Shown here: one piece after another, positions 9,653 through 18,285 of the stretch
Numbering within the stretch: position 1 is the first letter of the stretch
Layout: every line of letters starts with the position of its first letter
DNA from: Promethearchaeota archaeon
GTDB taxonomy: Archaea; Asgardarchaeota; Odinarchaeia; Odinarchaeales; JBHLKK01
Direction: 5' to 3'
Assembly: GCA_048939465.1 (NCBI GenBank)
Contig: JBHLPL010000004.1
Span: 10,447 to 42,446, forward strand
DNA: 32,000 bases
Position numbers and translations under genes: made by a program
Notes under the pieces: generated by a model
Database searches by the model: none
What the model saw: only the letters and a program-made list of their open reading frames with translations
Told to the model about the DNA's origin: nothing

Positions 9653-10366
9653 GTGATTAGGATAGAGAATGAAGAGGAATCTGCAAAAGACGAAGAAGAG
9701 TTTTGGCTGCAACCGCCTTGGACATTGCTAACAGATGTAGTCAAGCTAAGCAAAGTAAGTCCTTGGAACATTGATCTTGACGAGTTAGTCCACGGCTTCC
9801 TCGAAAAAATGTTGACCTTGAGTCTAGTTAATTTTAGAGTCTCTGGCATTGCATTGCTCTCAGCATCAATTCTTTATCGTATGAAGACTGAGCTGGCGCT
9901 GACTTTAGGCGAGGGGGAAGAGGAGAGCAATCTGTCTGAGGAGTTTAAACTCCTTCCTCCTATCAGACCTCCATTTCGCCTGGTTAGTCGGAAAGTCACC
10001 ATAGATGAGCTACTGATAGCGCTGGAAGACGCTCTCCGCCAAGAGGTTGAGAGTAAAAAGCGTAAGCCAGTAACGAAAACAATAGAATTAGAGACACCTG
10101 ATGTTGTTTACGAAGTAGAGCCCGACAAAGCTGAAATAGAAAAGACGCTAGCACTGGTTTACGAAAGAATAAGGACGTTAAGCCACAACGGGGAACCAAT
10201 AAGATTCTCTCAGCTCATTTTAGAAAAAAGAAAAATCATTATGGTCAGAACGTTTGTCTGTATTCTGTTGCTCAGTTTCAGAGGCAAGATAGACATCTGG
10301 CAAGAGGAACCGTTTGGCGAGATTTTTGTAAAGCTATTGGAAGAGGGGGACACAGATGACGAATAA
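9653..10366 (+). CDS. scpA: Kleisin, segregation and condensation protein A
   Basis: PWNIDL, SGIALLSASILYRMK, VTIDELLIAL, C-terminal wHTH FVCILLL...IDIWQEEPFGEIFV; downstream of smc. Confidence 0.95.
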   Translation: MIRIENEEESAKDEEEFWLQPPWTLLTDVVKLSKVSPWNIDLDELVHGFLEKMLTLSLVNFRVSGIALLSASILYRMKTELALTLGEGEEESNLSEEFKLLPPIRPPFRLVSRKVTIDELLIALEDALRQEVESKKRKPVTKTIELETPDVVYEVEPDKAEIEKTLALVYERIRTLSHNGEPIRFSQLILEKRKIIMVRTFVCILLLSFRGKIDIWQEEPFGEIFVKLLEEGDTDDE

Positions 10367-10937
10367 CAAGAACAAGGCACTAATAGAGGCAGCGCTATAT
10401 ATTTCAGGAAGACCCCTCAATCCTGAAGAGCTCTGTGAAGTAGCAGATTTGGAAAGAAACTCAGTTGACAAACTAATAGCAGAGCTAATCGACGATTATA
10501 ACGGAAGAGATAGTGCTTTAGAGATTGTATCTCTTTCCGGAGGGCGATACGCATTACAACTTAAGGCAGATTTTTCTCCCTTGGTTGCTAGATTTGCACC
10601 AACCGGTCTACTTTCTTTGGGAGCCCTAAAAACGCTCTCGTTGATTGCACTAAGACAACCTATTATGCAGACCCAGGTTGTAAAAATACGTGGTTCTCAT
10701 GTTTACAAGCATATTCACGAACTTGAGGACAGGGGATTTATCAAGGGGAAACCTGAGGGTCGGACACGCGTCCTATCTACTACCAAAATGTTCGCAGACT
10801 ACTTCGGATTTGACTATGATTTGAGGAGATTGAAACTCCAGCTTAGATGGCTGATGAGGAAGATGAAGAGTGAAGAAGAAGTGACACTTGAGGAGGAGCT
10901 GATGCGCGAACCAATGGCATATGAAAAGGATAAATAG
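10356..10937 (+). CDS. scpB: Segregation and condensation protein B
   Basis: IEAALYISGRPL, LSLGALKTLSLIALRQPI, IRG, TTKMFADYFG; overlaps the scpA end. Confidence 0.96.
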   Translation: MTNNKNKALIEAALYISGRPLNPEELCEVADLERNSVDKLIAELIDDYNGRDSALEIVSLSGGRYALQLKADFSPLVARFAPTGLLSLGALKTLSLIALRQPIMQTQVVKIRGSHVYKHIHELEDRGFIKGKPEGRTRVLSTTKMFADYFGFDYDLRRLKLQLRWLMRKMKSEEEVTLEEELMREPMAYEKDK

Positions 10938-11047
10938 GATCTCTTTTTTGCCTTATTTTGTCTAGCATAATCAGGAACCCTTGTTCGAAATCTTTTTATA
11001 GGAGAATTATCCTACCATGTAGGCAAATCATCCTATGAGTGAAAACC

Positions 11048-11617
11048 ATGCAGTATATGAATCGATCAATGCCCGACAATACAACAAAGCTGACCATGAC
11101 ATCGGTTTTGGCCTCATTGGCGATAGCTTTGCGGCTTTTTAAGCATTTTATCATTGGGCCAATTCAGATAATCAACTTGCCAGGTGTGATGACTGTGGCA
11201 AGTGGAATTCTAATGGGAGCTGTTTCGGGTCTGACAGTAGGTCTATTCGCATTTTTCGTATCGGATTTGATACTCGGATTCGGACCCTGGACACCAATAA
11301 CTGCAGGCTTCATGGGACTCATAGGGATAGTTGCAGGGTTATTGTGGTTTAGAAGGGACGAGATATCACGTTTGGAGCTCTTTACCGTCTCGTTTATTCT
11401 GATATTCATAAATGATGTTTTCACGTCTGTCGGAGGGTACATGATATTAGGACTATCATTTGAGGGCGCATTACTGACCTCTCTCGTAGGTCTCTTCATA
11501 CCAGCGGGTGGTGGTTTCTTCTTGGCCGTCGGTCCGATTACCGAAGGGGCAACAGCATTCTTGATTGCGATTCTAACACCGATCATAAGGAAGTATTCCG
11601 TCGAGGTGAATAGATGA
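11048..11617 (+). CDS. ECF transporter substrate-specific (S) component
   Basis: About 190-aa polytopic membrane protein with LASLAIAL, GILMGAVSG and SDLILGFGPWTP. Start placed at ATG 11048 after GAGTGA. Confidence 0.8.
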   Translation: MQYMNRSMPDNTTKLTMTSVLASLAIALRLFKHFIIGPIQIINLPGVMTVASGILMGAVSGLTVGLFAFFVSDLILGFGPWTPITAGFMGLIGIVAGLLWFRRDEISRLELFTVSFILIFINDVFTSVGGYMILGLSFEGALLTSLVGLFIPAGGGFFLAVGPITEGATAFLIAILTPIIRKYSVEVNR

Positions 11618-12070
11618 ATGGGAGCAGCAACTTCGCAGAAACCGTGGATAGTCTCAGTGGTCTTCCTATTTGCAACGATTGGGCTTGCTACAAGCACTGT
11701 TTACTACTACGCGCAATTTGACTACTATCAAAGGTCATTCAACGCACTTACGACTGATTACATCTACGCGGATATGGAAATCGACTACGGAAATGGCACA
11801 AGTGTGTGGTATAATGATACATTAATCTTAAGAAACTCATCAGTTCTCAAACTAACTCTGGCAATAGCAGAAGTCAATTACACTTTTTACCCTGGGATGG
11901 GTGCCTTTGTAAATGGAATCAACAACGTAACGAACTATCAAATCAACCCAACTTCTGGCTATTCTTGGATCTACTATGTCAATGGTCTTACAGCAGTTGT
12001 AGGAGCAGATCAATACATCGTGGCTTTAGATGATGTTGTTCAATGGAGATTTGAATTCTATTCGTTCTAA
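11618..12070 (+). CDS. Membrane-anchored DUF4430 (transcobalamin C-terminal-like) domain protein
   Basis: N-terminal TM helix; GAFVNGING-like segment, YSWIYYVNG...VGADQY...DDVVQWRF pattern. Confidence 0.85.
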   Translation: MGAATSQKPWIVSVVFLFATIGLATSTVYYYAQFDYYQRSFNALTTDYIYADMEIDYGNGTSVWYNDTLILRNSSVLKLTLAIAEVNYTFYPGMGAFVNGINNVTNYQINPTSGYSWIYYVNGLTAVVGADQYIVALDDVVQWRFEFYSF

Positions 12071-12170
12071 AACTAGTTGAGCCTCCCGGGAAGAATCTCT
12101 TTCCTTTTTGTTTTTATATTGTTCCTGCAATAAGTATATTGAATCGAAATTAGCTTGGGCGGTTCCAATA

Positions 12171-12752
12171 TTGCCGAGCCATGATAAAATAAAGAGAATT
12201 CTCGAGCTTTTCATAATACGAAAAGAAAGACCTGTTGGGCGGTACGCTCTAAAGGACATGCTGGATCTCCCAGAAGGAAAGACCAGAGGTCGGCTAGCGA
12301 GATTGCGTGATGAGGAGTTAATTGAGGAGACTAAGCAAGGGGCTACCATTACAGAAAAAGGAGAGAGAGAACTCCGAAGACTTCTATCTTCGATGAGTAT
12401 TGCCGCTATCGATATCATAGATGTAGGGGCTTTGAAGACTGGACACGAAAGCGCGGTGATTCATGTCTGCGGCAGGGCAGGCAAGATCGGGACTGCCGAG
12501 TATACAGAGCTTCGAGACGAAGCAGTAAGAGTAGGTGCGCAAGGAGCAACTATAATCGTTTTTGGTGATGGGAAGCTCAGTGTTCCAGCCGTTTTTCCCG
12601 ATTTAGAAACGGAATATCAGTCTATTGCAAAGATCTTACTGGAAAAATTCGATCTACAGCCTGGAGATGTGATTGTCGTGGGATCGGCTTTGACCGAATG
12701 GAAAGCATTAGAGGGGGCACTCGCTGTAGCTTCGGCATTAGGTAAGAAATAG
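12171..12752 (+). CDS. N-terminal wHTH plus DUF4443-like domain protein
   Basis: PVGRYALKDMLDLPEGKTRGRLARL...GATITEKG wHTH; ELRDEAVRVGAQGATII and GDVIVVGSA typical of archaeal DUF4443. Start uncertain (TTG 12171; ORF track 12108). Confidence 0.75.
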   Translation: MPSHDKIKRILELFIIRKERPVGRYALKDMLDLPEGKTRGRLARLRDEELIEETKQGATITEKGERELRRLLSSMSIAAIDIIDVGALKTGHESAVIHVCGRAGKIGTAEYTELRDEAVRVGAQGATIIVFGDGKLSVPAVFPDLETEYQSIAKILLEKFDLQPGDVIVVGSALTEWKALEGALAVASALGKK

Positions 12753-12771
12753 AGAAAAGATTTAGAAAAAT

Positions 12772-13137
12772 CTATTCGAGTTGTTCGAGTGCTAATTTCA
12801 GGTTTCTGATGATTAATCCCACGCTGGGAGTAGCATCCTCTCCGGCTATCGCAAGCAGGAATAAGTCGTTGGAGCGTACTAGTATTGCGTGGCCTTCTGC
12901 TCCAGTGACGTGAACAACGCTTACGTTTCCTTTTTCAATGCTATCTGCCAGTTTCTCCGATTCGCTGAGCGTCTTCATCGCAATTTCCGAAATGGCTTTG
13001 TGATCCATTTCAGTTATTGTTTGGCCAGTTATGATTTCTCCGTCTGAGTTGAAAGCGATAATTCCTTCTATCTCGGGAAGGTTATCCATCAGTTTGGCAA
13101 GTACAGATTCTATCTCCTCTTTTTCCGCTTCACTCAT
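12772..13137 (-). CDS. Roadblock/LC7 domain protein (divergent type)
   Basis: Helix then IEGIIAFNSDGEII, long second helix, three strands, C-terminal VGLIIRNLK helix: roadblock topology. Confidence 0.8.
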   Translation of the reverse strand: MSEAEKEEIESVLAKLMDNLPEIEGIIAFNSDGEIITGQTITEMDHKAISEIAMKTLSESEKLADSIEKGNVSVVHVTGAEGHAILVRSNDLFLLAIAGEDATPSVGLIIRNLKLALEQLE

Positions 13138-13179
13138 TGATATCCCTCTTGAACATTATTATGCTCCAACTAATTAATG

Positions 13180-13228
13180 GAATCTCTGATATAAATCCTT
13201 TAACGAATCTCTGATATAAATCCTTTAA
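13180..13228. repeat. Perfect 24-bp tandem direct repeat in the divergent roadblock promoter
   Basis: GAATCTCTGATATAAATCCTTTAA at 13180-13203 and 13205-13228. On the minus strand each copy reads AAAGGA-TTTATAT (BRE/TATA-like). Confidence 0.9.
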
Positions 13229-13368
13229 TATATGAATATCTTAAGTATAATTATTAGTAATTAAACTAATCTATTAGACCCGCGTTGTATGTTGGAGAGT
13301 TCACAATTCGAAAAGAAACTCTAAGCGAGCAGTTGAAATCAAGCAAAAAAGAGCAAAATAGGAGATTA

Positions 13369-13656
13369 ATGATGATAGGACAAGATGATATAAAATCTAC
13401 CTTGAAGAACCTGCAGAAATTCAAAGGAGTACGAGGTGTAATTGTAACCACAACGGAGGGGCTACCAGTTAGCACAACACTCGACGTTGAAAAAACCGAA
13501 AAAACATCGGCACTGGTTACGTCGCTTGTAGGAAAGGCAAGATCTGTCATCAATGAACTGGATGAGGGCGGTCTGAAGTTCCTTACTATATCCACATCGA
13601 GTGGAGAAGTCTACGTAGCGCCAGAAGACGAGTACATACTTATAGTCCTCAAATAA
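13369..13656 (+). CDS. Roadblock/LC7 protein, dynein light chain roadblock (DYNLRB)-like
   Basis: [23 protein letters not shown]...KARS...LKFLTI...[14 protein letters not shown]. Start placed at ATG 13369/13372 after GGAG (ORF track: 13285). Confidence 0.9.
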   Translation: MMIGQDDIKSTLKNLQKFKGVRGVIVTTTEGLPVSTTLDVEKTEKTSALVTSLVGKARSVINELDEGGLKFLTISTSSGEVYVAPEDEYILIVLK

Positions 13657-13714
13657 ACAAGATAAAGAATATTTTTATTTATTGACTGAGTTATAAAATG
13701 TAGAGGCGAAAAAA

Positions 13715-14185
13715 TTGATCGATTTGAAATCCTTTGACAAAATCCTGAGTAAGGTCATCAAAAGCGAGACAGGGATAAAGAAGGTAATCCTGGTGGACAG
13801 AACAGGTTTGACAATAGCGCACGTATCGAAGTTTTCCTACTATCCGGTTGACATTGATGGGATTGGTGCTATCGCCAGCGCAGTATTCAGTGCGAGTGAG
13901 GAACAAGGAAAGAATCTTGATATAGGAGATCTCGACCTTGTGACCTCAGAATTCAACGATGGGAAGATATTTGCAGCTAGCTGTGGCAAAGGCGTACTGT
14001 GTGTAGTAACAGACCATGATGTCAACATAGGTATGATCAGACTAGTTATGAAGAAGACGAGTGACGAACTCAGGGAAGTTCTAGAAGAGTTTCTGGCCGA
14101 AAAACCCATAGTACCCGAAGTAACAGCGGAAAAGGATGAAGAAGAGGAAATCAAAACAGCCCTTGGAGAACTCGAAAAAGCCTAA
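13715..14185 (+). CDS. Roadblock/LC7 protein, LAMTOR2/MglB-like, with acidic linker and C-terminal helix
   Basis: VILVDRTGLTIA, IGAIASAVFSASEEQG, VLCVVTDHDVNIGMIRL; C-terminal EEEEIKTALGELEKA. Confidence 0.88.
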   Translation: MIDLKSFDKILSKVIKSETGIKKVILVDRTGLTIAHVSKFSYYPVDIDGIGAIASAVFSASEEQGKNLDIGDLDLVTSEFNDGKIFAASCGKGVLCVVTDHDVNIGMIRLVMKKTSDELREVLEEFLAEKPIVPEVTAEKDEEEEIKTALGELEKA

Positions 14186-14217
14186 TGCTCTGCAAAATTT
14201 CTTGGGAGAAAAATTAT

Positions 14218-14592
14218 ATGTCAACTGCGCCCAAAAGTGAAACGCTTGAAGACATTCTCAAAGACCTTGAGATGAATATTCCGCAAATCCAAGCAACAGC
14301 CATCGTGAGTGTTGAAGGATTGCCCATTGCCTCAGCACTTCCAACTGGAGTTGACGAGGCCATGATTGCTGCTATGACAGCAGCAATGCTTTCTTTGGGA
14401 GAAAGAGCTGCAGCCGAGCTAGGAAAAGGAGAGCTAGAACAGGTGTTCGTAAAGGGGCAGGATGGATACATCATTGCAATGGGGGCAGGGCCTAATGCTG
14501 TATTAACAACCAGTGCTACAAAAGATGCGAAGATCGGTTTAATTTTCTTGGAAATGGAGCGGGCTGCGGAAAAGATTGCAAAATTGGTGTAA
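14218..14592 (+). CDS. Roadblock/LC7 protein, canonical prokaryotic MglB-like type
   Basis: ATAIVSVEGLPIASAL, IAAMTAAMLSLGERAAAELGKGELEQVFVKG, AKIGLIFLEM. Start at ATG 14218. Confidence 0.93.
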   Translation: MSTAPKSETLEDILKDLEMNIPQIQATAIVSVEGLPIASALPTGVDEAMIAAMTAAMLSLGERAAAELGKGELEQVFVKGQDGYIIAMGAGPNAVLTTSATKDAKIGLIFLEMERAAEKIAKLV

Positions 14593-14685
14593 TTCGGTAT
14601 ATAATAGGAGAAAACGTCGAAATCAAGGAATGAGCTTCTTTTCTGAGTCAGATATAAGGTGTTAGAGATTCTAAGTGATACTCTG

Positions 14686-14725
14686 GATTGACTAATAAGT
14701 TTTTTATATGATATGATAGTCAATC
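14686..14725. promoter_or_regulatory. 9-bp inverted repeat flanking the uppS BRE/TATA region
   Basis: GATTGACTA-N22-TAGTCAATC; the spacer contains TTTTTTATAT. Confidence 0.55.
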
Positions 14726-14767
14726 AAATAGAGGCAAGAATCGGTTGCTACGTGAGCAGGGATATTC

Positions 14768-15547
14768 ATGGTCAATCTGAAGAAGTTGCTACTAGGGCCA
14801 CTATACAGATTATACAGCTGGCGTCTATGGAAACAGGTTAAGAATGGGAGAAAACCGGGTCATATTGGTGTTATTCTCGACGGTAACAGACGATTTGCTC
14901 GAGAAAGAGGACTGAATGTCTGGATCGGGCATTACTTGGGAGCTGAAAAGGTTAGAGAGTTCCTATCATGGTGCTGGGAGGCAGGAATAAAGGTCGTTAC
15001 ATTATACGCATTTTCCATTGAGAATTTTAGACGTAGGCGAAGGGAAGTCGAAGAGATCATGAAACTGGCCAAGTCAAAATTCGAGGAAGTTCTGGGGGAT
15101 AAGAACATCCACAAATACAAGGTTAAGGTACGGACTATCGGCAGGAGAAACATGCTCCCTAAGGAACTGCAGGACATCGTTCTCAAGATTGAAGAGAACA
15201 CCAAAGGTTACAGCGACCATCTCTTGAACGTTGCGATTGGTTATGGCGGAAGAGCCGAAATTGTTGATGCGTTCAGGAGCATAGCAACAGAAGTCTCAAA
15301 AGGCATTATTAGCCCAGAAGAAGTCAACGAATCGCTTATAGAGAAATACCTTTATACTGCTGGCCTACCCGACCCGGATTTGATAATTAGAACGTCAGGA
15401 GAGGAGAGATTATCTGGATTTCTTCTCTGGCAATCTGCATACTCTGAACTGTACTTCTGTGATGTGTACTGGCCGGCTGTAAGGAAGATTGATTTCTGGC
15501 GGGCCATCAGAATATATCAGCAAAGGGACAGAAGATTTGGGAGTTAG
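14768..15547 (+). CDS. uppS: cis-Prenyltransferase (polyprenyl/undecaprenyl diphosphate synthase)
   Basis: HIGVILDGNRR, TLYAFSIENF, YGGRAEI, PDPDLIIRTSGEERLSGFLLWQSAYSEL. Confidence 0.98.
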   Translation: MVNLKKLLLGPLYRLYSWRLWKQVKNGRKPGHIGVILDGNRRFARERGLNVWIGHYLGAEKVREFLSWCWEAGIKVVTLYAFSIENFRRRRREVEEIMKLAKSKFEEVLGDKNIHKYKVKVRTIGRRNMLPKELQDIVLKIEENTKGYSDHLLNVAIGYGGRAEIVDAFRSIATEVSKGIISPEEVNESLIEKYLYTAGLPDPDLIIRTSGEERLSGFLLWQSAYSELYFCDVYWPAVRKIDFWRAIRIYQQRDRRFGS

Positions 15548-15572
15548 CATGACATAATAGTTAAGGAAGGAA

Positions 15573-16043
15573 ATGACAGTGAGCAGTATAAAGCACGCAA
15601 TAAAAAGACTTCGCAGGATGAAGGGAAAAAGAATCGGTCTGTTGGTAGATGGAAAAAATCTCGGGAATAGCAGAATAGATCTAGAATTAAGGAATATTAA
15701 GGACGTGTTGGAAGAAATAGGCAACCTGAGAGTTGCAAAGGTACTTCTCGATGAACTCCCTTCTGATGATGTATCAAAAGCGATCTCAAAACTTGGCTTC
15801 TTATCGACCGTTTATCTGAATGACATGGACGTCTATATGGCGCTTGAGGCAATGGAATTAGTATATAACGATAAGATTAAGGTAGTAGCGCTTGTTACAG
15901 ACGATGAGAATCTGATACCGATTTTAGTGAAAGCAAAAGAAAGGGGTAAAGAAACAGCCATTGTGGAGACGAGTGAAGGCACCATAGGGGAAGGGCTTAG
16001 GAACTCAGCTGACTATTTCTGTCAGTTCTCGAAAGAAGGTTGA
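15573..16043 (+). CDS. NYN/LabA-DUF88 domain protein (TIGR00288-like)
   Basis: IGLLVDGKNL, DMDVYMALEAMELVYN, ALVTDD, KAKERGKE, LRNSADY. Confidence 0.85.
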   Translation: MTVSSIKHAIKRLRRMKGKRIGLLVDGKNLGNSRIDLELRNIKDVLEEIGNLRVAKVLLDELPSDDVSKAISKLGFLSTVYLNDMDVYMALEAMELVYNDKIKVVALVTDDENLIPILVKAKERGKETAIVETSEGTIGEGLRNSADYFCQFSKEG

Positions 16044-16095
16044 GAGGAATATTGCGCAGCATATCGGCTGATTAATACAGCAATATTGCGTTCTT

Positions 16096-16962
16096 CTAGA
16101 TAAGTCCTTGTTCTAACAACATGGCAAATTCATCAAATGTCAACTTTTCTCCCATTTTTAGCTTCTCGTATGCTCTCCTAGTTTTCTCTTTGAGCAACTC
16201 TTCCTGATGCCTACGCTTTTCTTTCCTTTTGAAGCTCTTTTGCTCATGTATCTTCTGAACCAATTCCCTCATCCGCTTGCGTAATTCCAGATATTTCTGA
16301 TGATAATCATTAGCAATGTTCTTTGTTTCTAAGAACTCTTGGTGCACCGTATCTGCCCTTTCCTTAACACGCTTGGCATTTTCATACAGTTCTATCATCT
16401 TTGTATGATGCTCTTGTGCAATTCTCGCGGATTCTACGATTTCTTTTTTGACAAGAGAAATCGTAGATTTCAGAATTTCAATATTCGTAGACGCTTCGAT
16501 TATTCTCGAATCAACATCATTGTGCTTCTTTTGCTCTCCAAGAGCCATCTCAAGCTCGGAGATTTTGCTAACCAGTTCCCTTTCCTTCTCTGTATCAAGC
16601 ACTGTGGTTTGGATTCTCCATTCCATGTCTTTAATCTGCTGCTGCAGCACGTAAGGAGGCATATTGGGGGCCGTTATCCCTTGTTTCTTTTCCTTGAATT
16701 GCCTAATCCGTTCCACCAATTCGAGTATTTGCTTCCTGAATTTTGCTTTCTTTTCTTTGTTCTCGGCCACTTCTTTGTTCGCTTCGTCTCTAAGCTTCTT
16801 CTCCAACCCTGCCTGACGGATAAGCTCGCTATGCTGCTCGTTAAGATCATTTCGTTCTTCGAGACGCTCCTTAGTTTTTGCGTTGCTTTCATCTCTGAGT
16901 CGTTTCAGCCGTAGAGCTTTCTTCTTAAGCTCTTCAAGTTCACGATCTAGCTCCTCAATCAA
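16096..16962 (-). CDS. Conserved archaeal coiled-coil protein (COG1340-like)
   Basis: All-helical, Glu/Lys-rich; MEWRIQTTVL..EKERELV and C-terminal AYEKLKMGEKLTFDEFAML. Confidence 0.8.
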   Translation of the reverse strand: MIEELDRELEELKKKALRLKRLRDESNAKTKERLEERNDLNEQHSELIRQAGLEKKLRDEANKEVAENKEKKAKFRKQILELVERIRQFKEKKQGITAPNMPPYVLQQQIKDMEWRIQTTVLDTEKERELVSKISELEMALGEQKKHNDVDSRIIEASTNIEILKSTISLVKKEIVESARIAQEHHTKMIELYENAKRVKERADTVHQEFLETKNIANDYHQKYLELRKRMRELVQKIHEQKSFKRKEKRRHQEELLKEKTRRAYEKLKMGEKLTFDEFAMLLEQGLI

Positions 16963-17014
16963 TTCCGCAGCTCCAGATCGGTTTAGATGCTGTAGCTAGA
17001 ACACAAGGAGCTAT

Positions 17015-17022
17015 TTTATAAA
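17015..17022. promoter_or_regulatory. Palindromic TATA box probably shared by divergent genes
   Basis: TTTATAAA lies roughly midway between starts at 16962 (-) and 17062 (+), with an A-rich BRE on the minus side. Confidence 0.55.
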
Positions 17023-17061
17023 CTTTTTTGAACAAATAGTTAGAATAGTTGATTACGGACT

Positions 17062-18285
17062 GTGGGAGGCGATTCTCTGAAACCACCGAGAGAGCTTTAT
17101 CCAATCCTGGCCTCAATGGAGTTTACTCCCAAGGCGAAGGCTCTCTTGAATCGATTTGCAACTATTCAGATCGCAGAGATGGAGAAAACAAAAGGATTGT
17201 CTGTTAAAGGCAAGTGGTATTGCTCTCTATTATCTCTATTCTCGAGAGTGATTGCCGAAAGACGGAGTCATAAGACCGTTGAGGAACTTGATGTTGAGGC
17301 TGCAGTGGTCCTCCACCACTATCTTATCACGCGTCCACAAATTGCAAGAATGGTGGAAGATGACAGACTGGGATTCTTCAAGCAACAAGTAAAGACTGCA
17401 ACAGAGTTCTATGAATCCTTAATCGGAATTGATGTGGGACCTCAGGAGCTGGATCGATTAGCCGAAATTAGAAGTAATACATTCAGGTTCGTTAGTGAAA
17501 TCGAAGAGATACCTCCAGATACGGTTTCAGAGATAGTCTCTAATATTGAAGATGTAGTAATGATGTTCATGTATTTACTCGTGAGCAATGAGGAGAAGTC
17601 GAAGATCGATATAGAAGACATAAACCGGGCGTACAGGCTATTTAGGATGATTACATTCAGAACGCCGTTATTGGATTTTGATACATTACATGATCTTTAC
17701 CGCCTCTTACAGACTAATATCTATTCAAAAATGGATCGTCTAGAGATTAGTAGTACAAGTGAAGAATATCTCCAAGAGATTGTGAAAAAGGAAATGGACA
17801 TTAAAGAAGATAAGGATCTCCAAAAAGAAAGTAGTAACTGGGAAGATATCCTTAAGGGGTGTATTCTGAGCATAGCTCAGATTTACAGTGTCAAGAAAAA
17901 TGGTCTGAAAATAGGTAAAAGGGACCTAGACAACGCAGTTAGTATTTATCATAGAATATTGAATAAACTGATAGAAGACTTCGATGCCAAGGAAAAGGAA
18001 TCGCTTTATGGCTTCATAAGAAATTTAAGCTTCAGTCTGGAATCAGAAAACGCATTAGCAGGATATAGAAGATGGTTATTAAGCGCGATCTCAGCTACAG
18101 CGGGTAGCGGTGCCATATTTAGGTATTCCAGCTTCGTTTTTAAACAGTCCCGCATGGTCGCCCTGTTTTCAGCCATAATGGCCTATAAGAATCAGCATGA
18201 AGTGGTGACCGTTGATGATATCAAGAAAGGGACACAAGTATACACGCACGTGCTATTGGATTTTGATTTTGATGCTCTAACCTAA
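17062..18285 (+). CDS. Hypothetical protein of four tandem ~100-aa helical repeats (AAA+ lid-like)
   Basis: Long ORF with a recurring [VI]xxxD[VIL]xx[AG] motif at D77, D186, D288 and D386, and a matching N-terminal helix start in each unit. Confidence 0.85.
   Translation: MGGDSLKPPRELYPILASMEFTPKAKALLNRFATIQIAEMEKTKGLSVKGKWYCSLLSLFSRVIAERRSHKTVEELDVEAAVVLHHYLITRPQIARMVEDDRLGFFKQQVKTATEFYESLIGIDVGPQELDRLAEIRSNTFRFVSEIEEIPPDTVSEIVSNIEDVVMMFMYLLVSNEEKSKIDIEDINRAYRLFRMITFRTPLLDFDTLHDLYRLLQTNIYSKMDRLEISSTSEEYLQEIVKKEMDIKEDKDLQKESSNWEDILKGCILSIAQIYSVKKNGLKIGKRDLDNAVSIYHRILNKLIEDFDAKEKESLYGFIRNLSFSLESENALAGYRRWLLSAISATAGSGAIFRYSSFVFKQSRMVALFSAIMAYKNQHEVVTVDDIKKGTQVYTHVLLDFDFDALT

Noticed and set aside
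16048-16087. 8-bp inverted repeat AATATTGC/GCAATATT between convergent genes
   Set aside because: Probably an ordinary bidirectional terminator-like hairpin; nothing further supports special interest.
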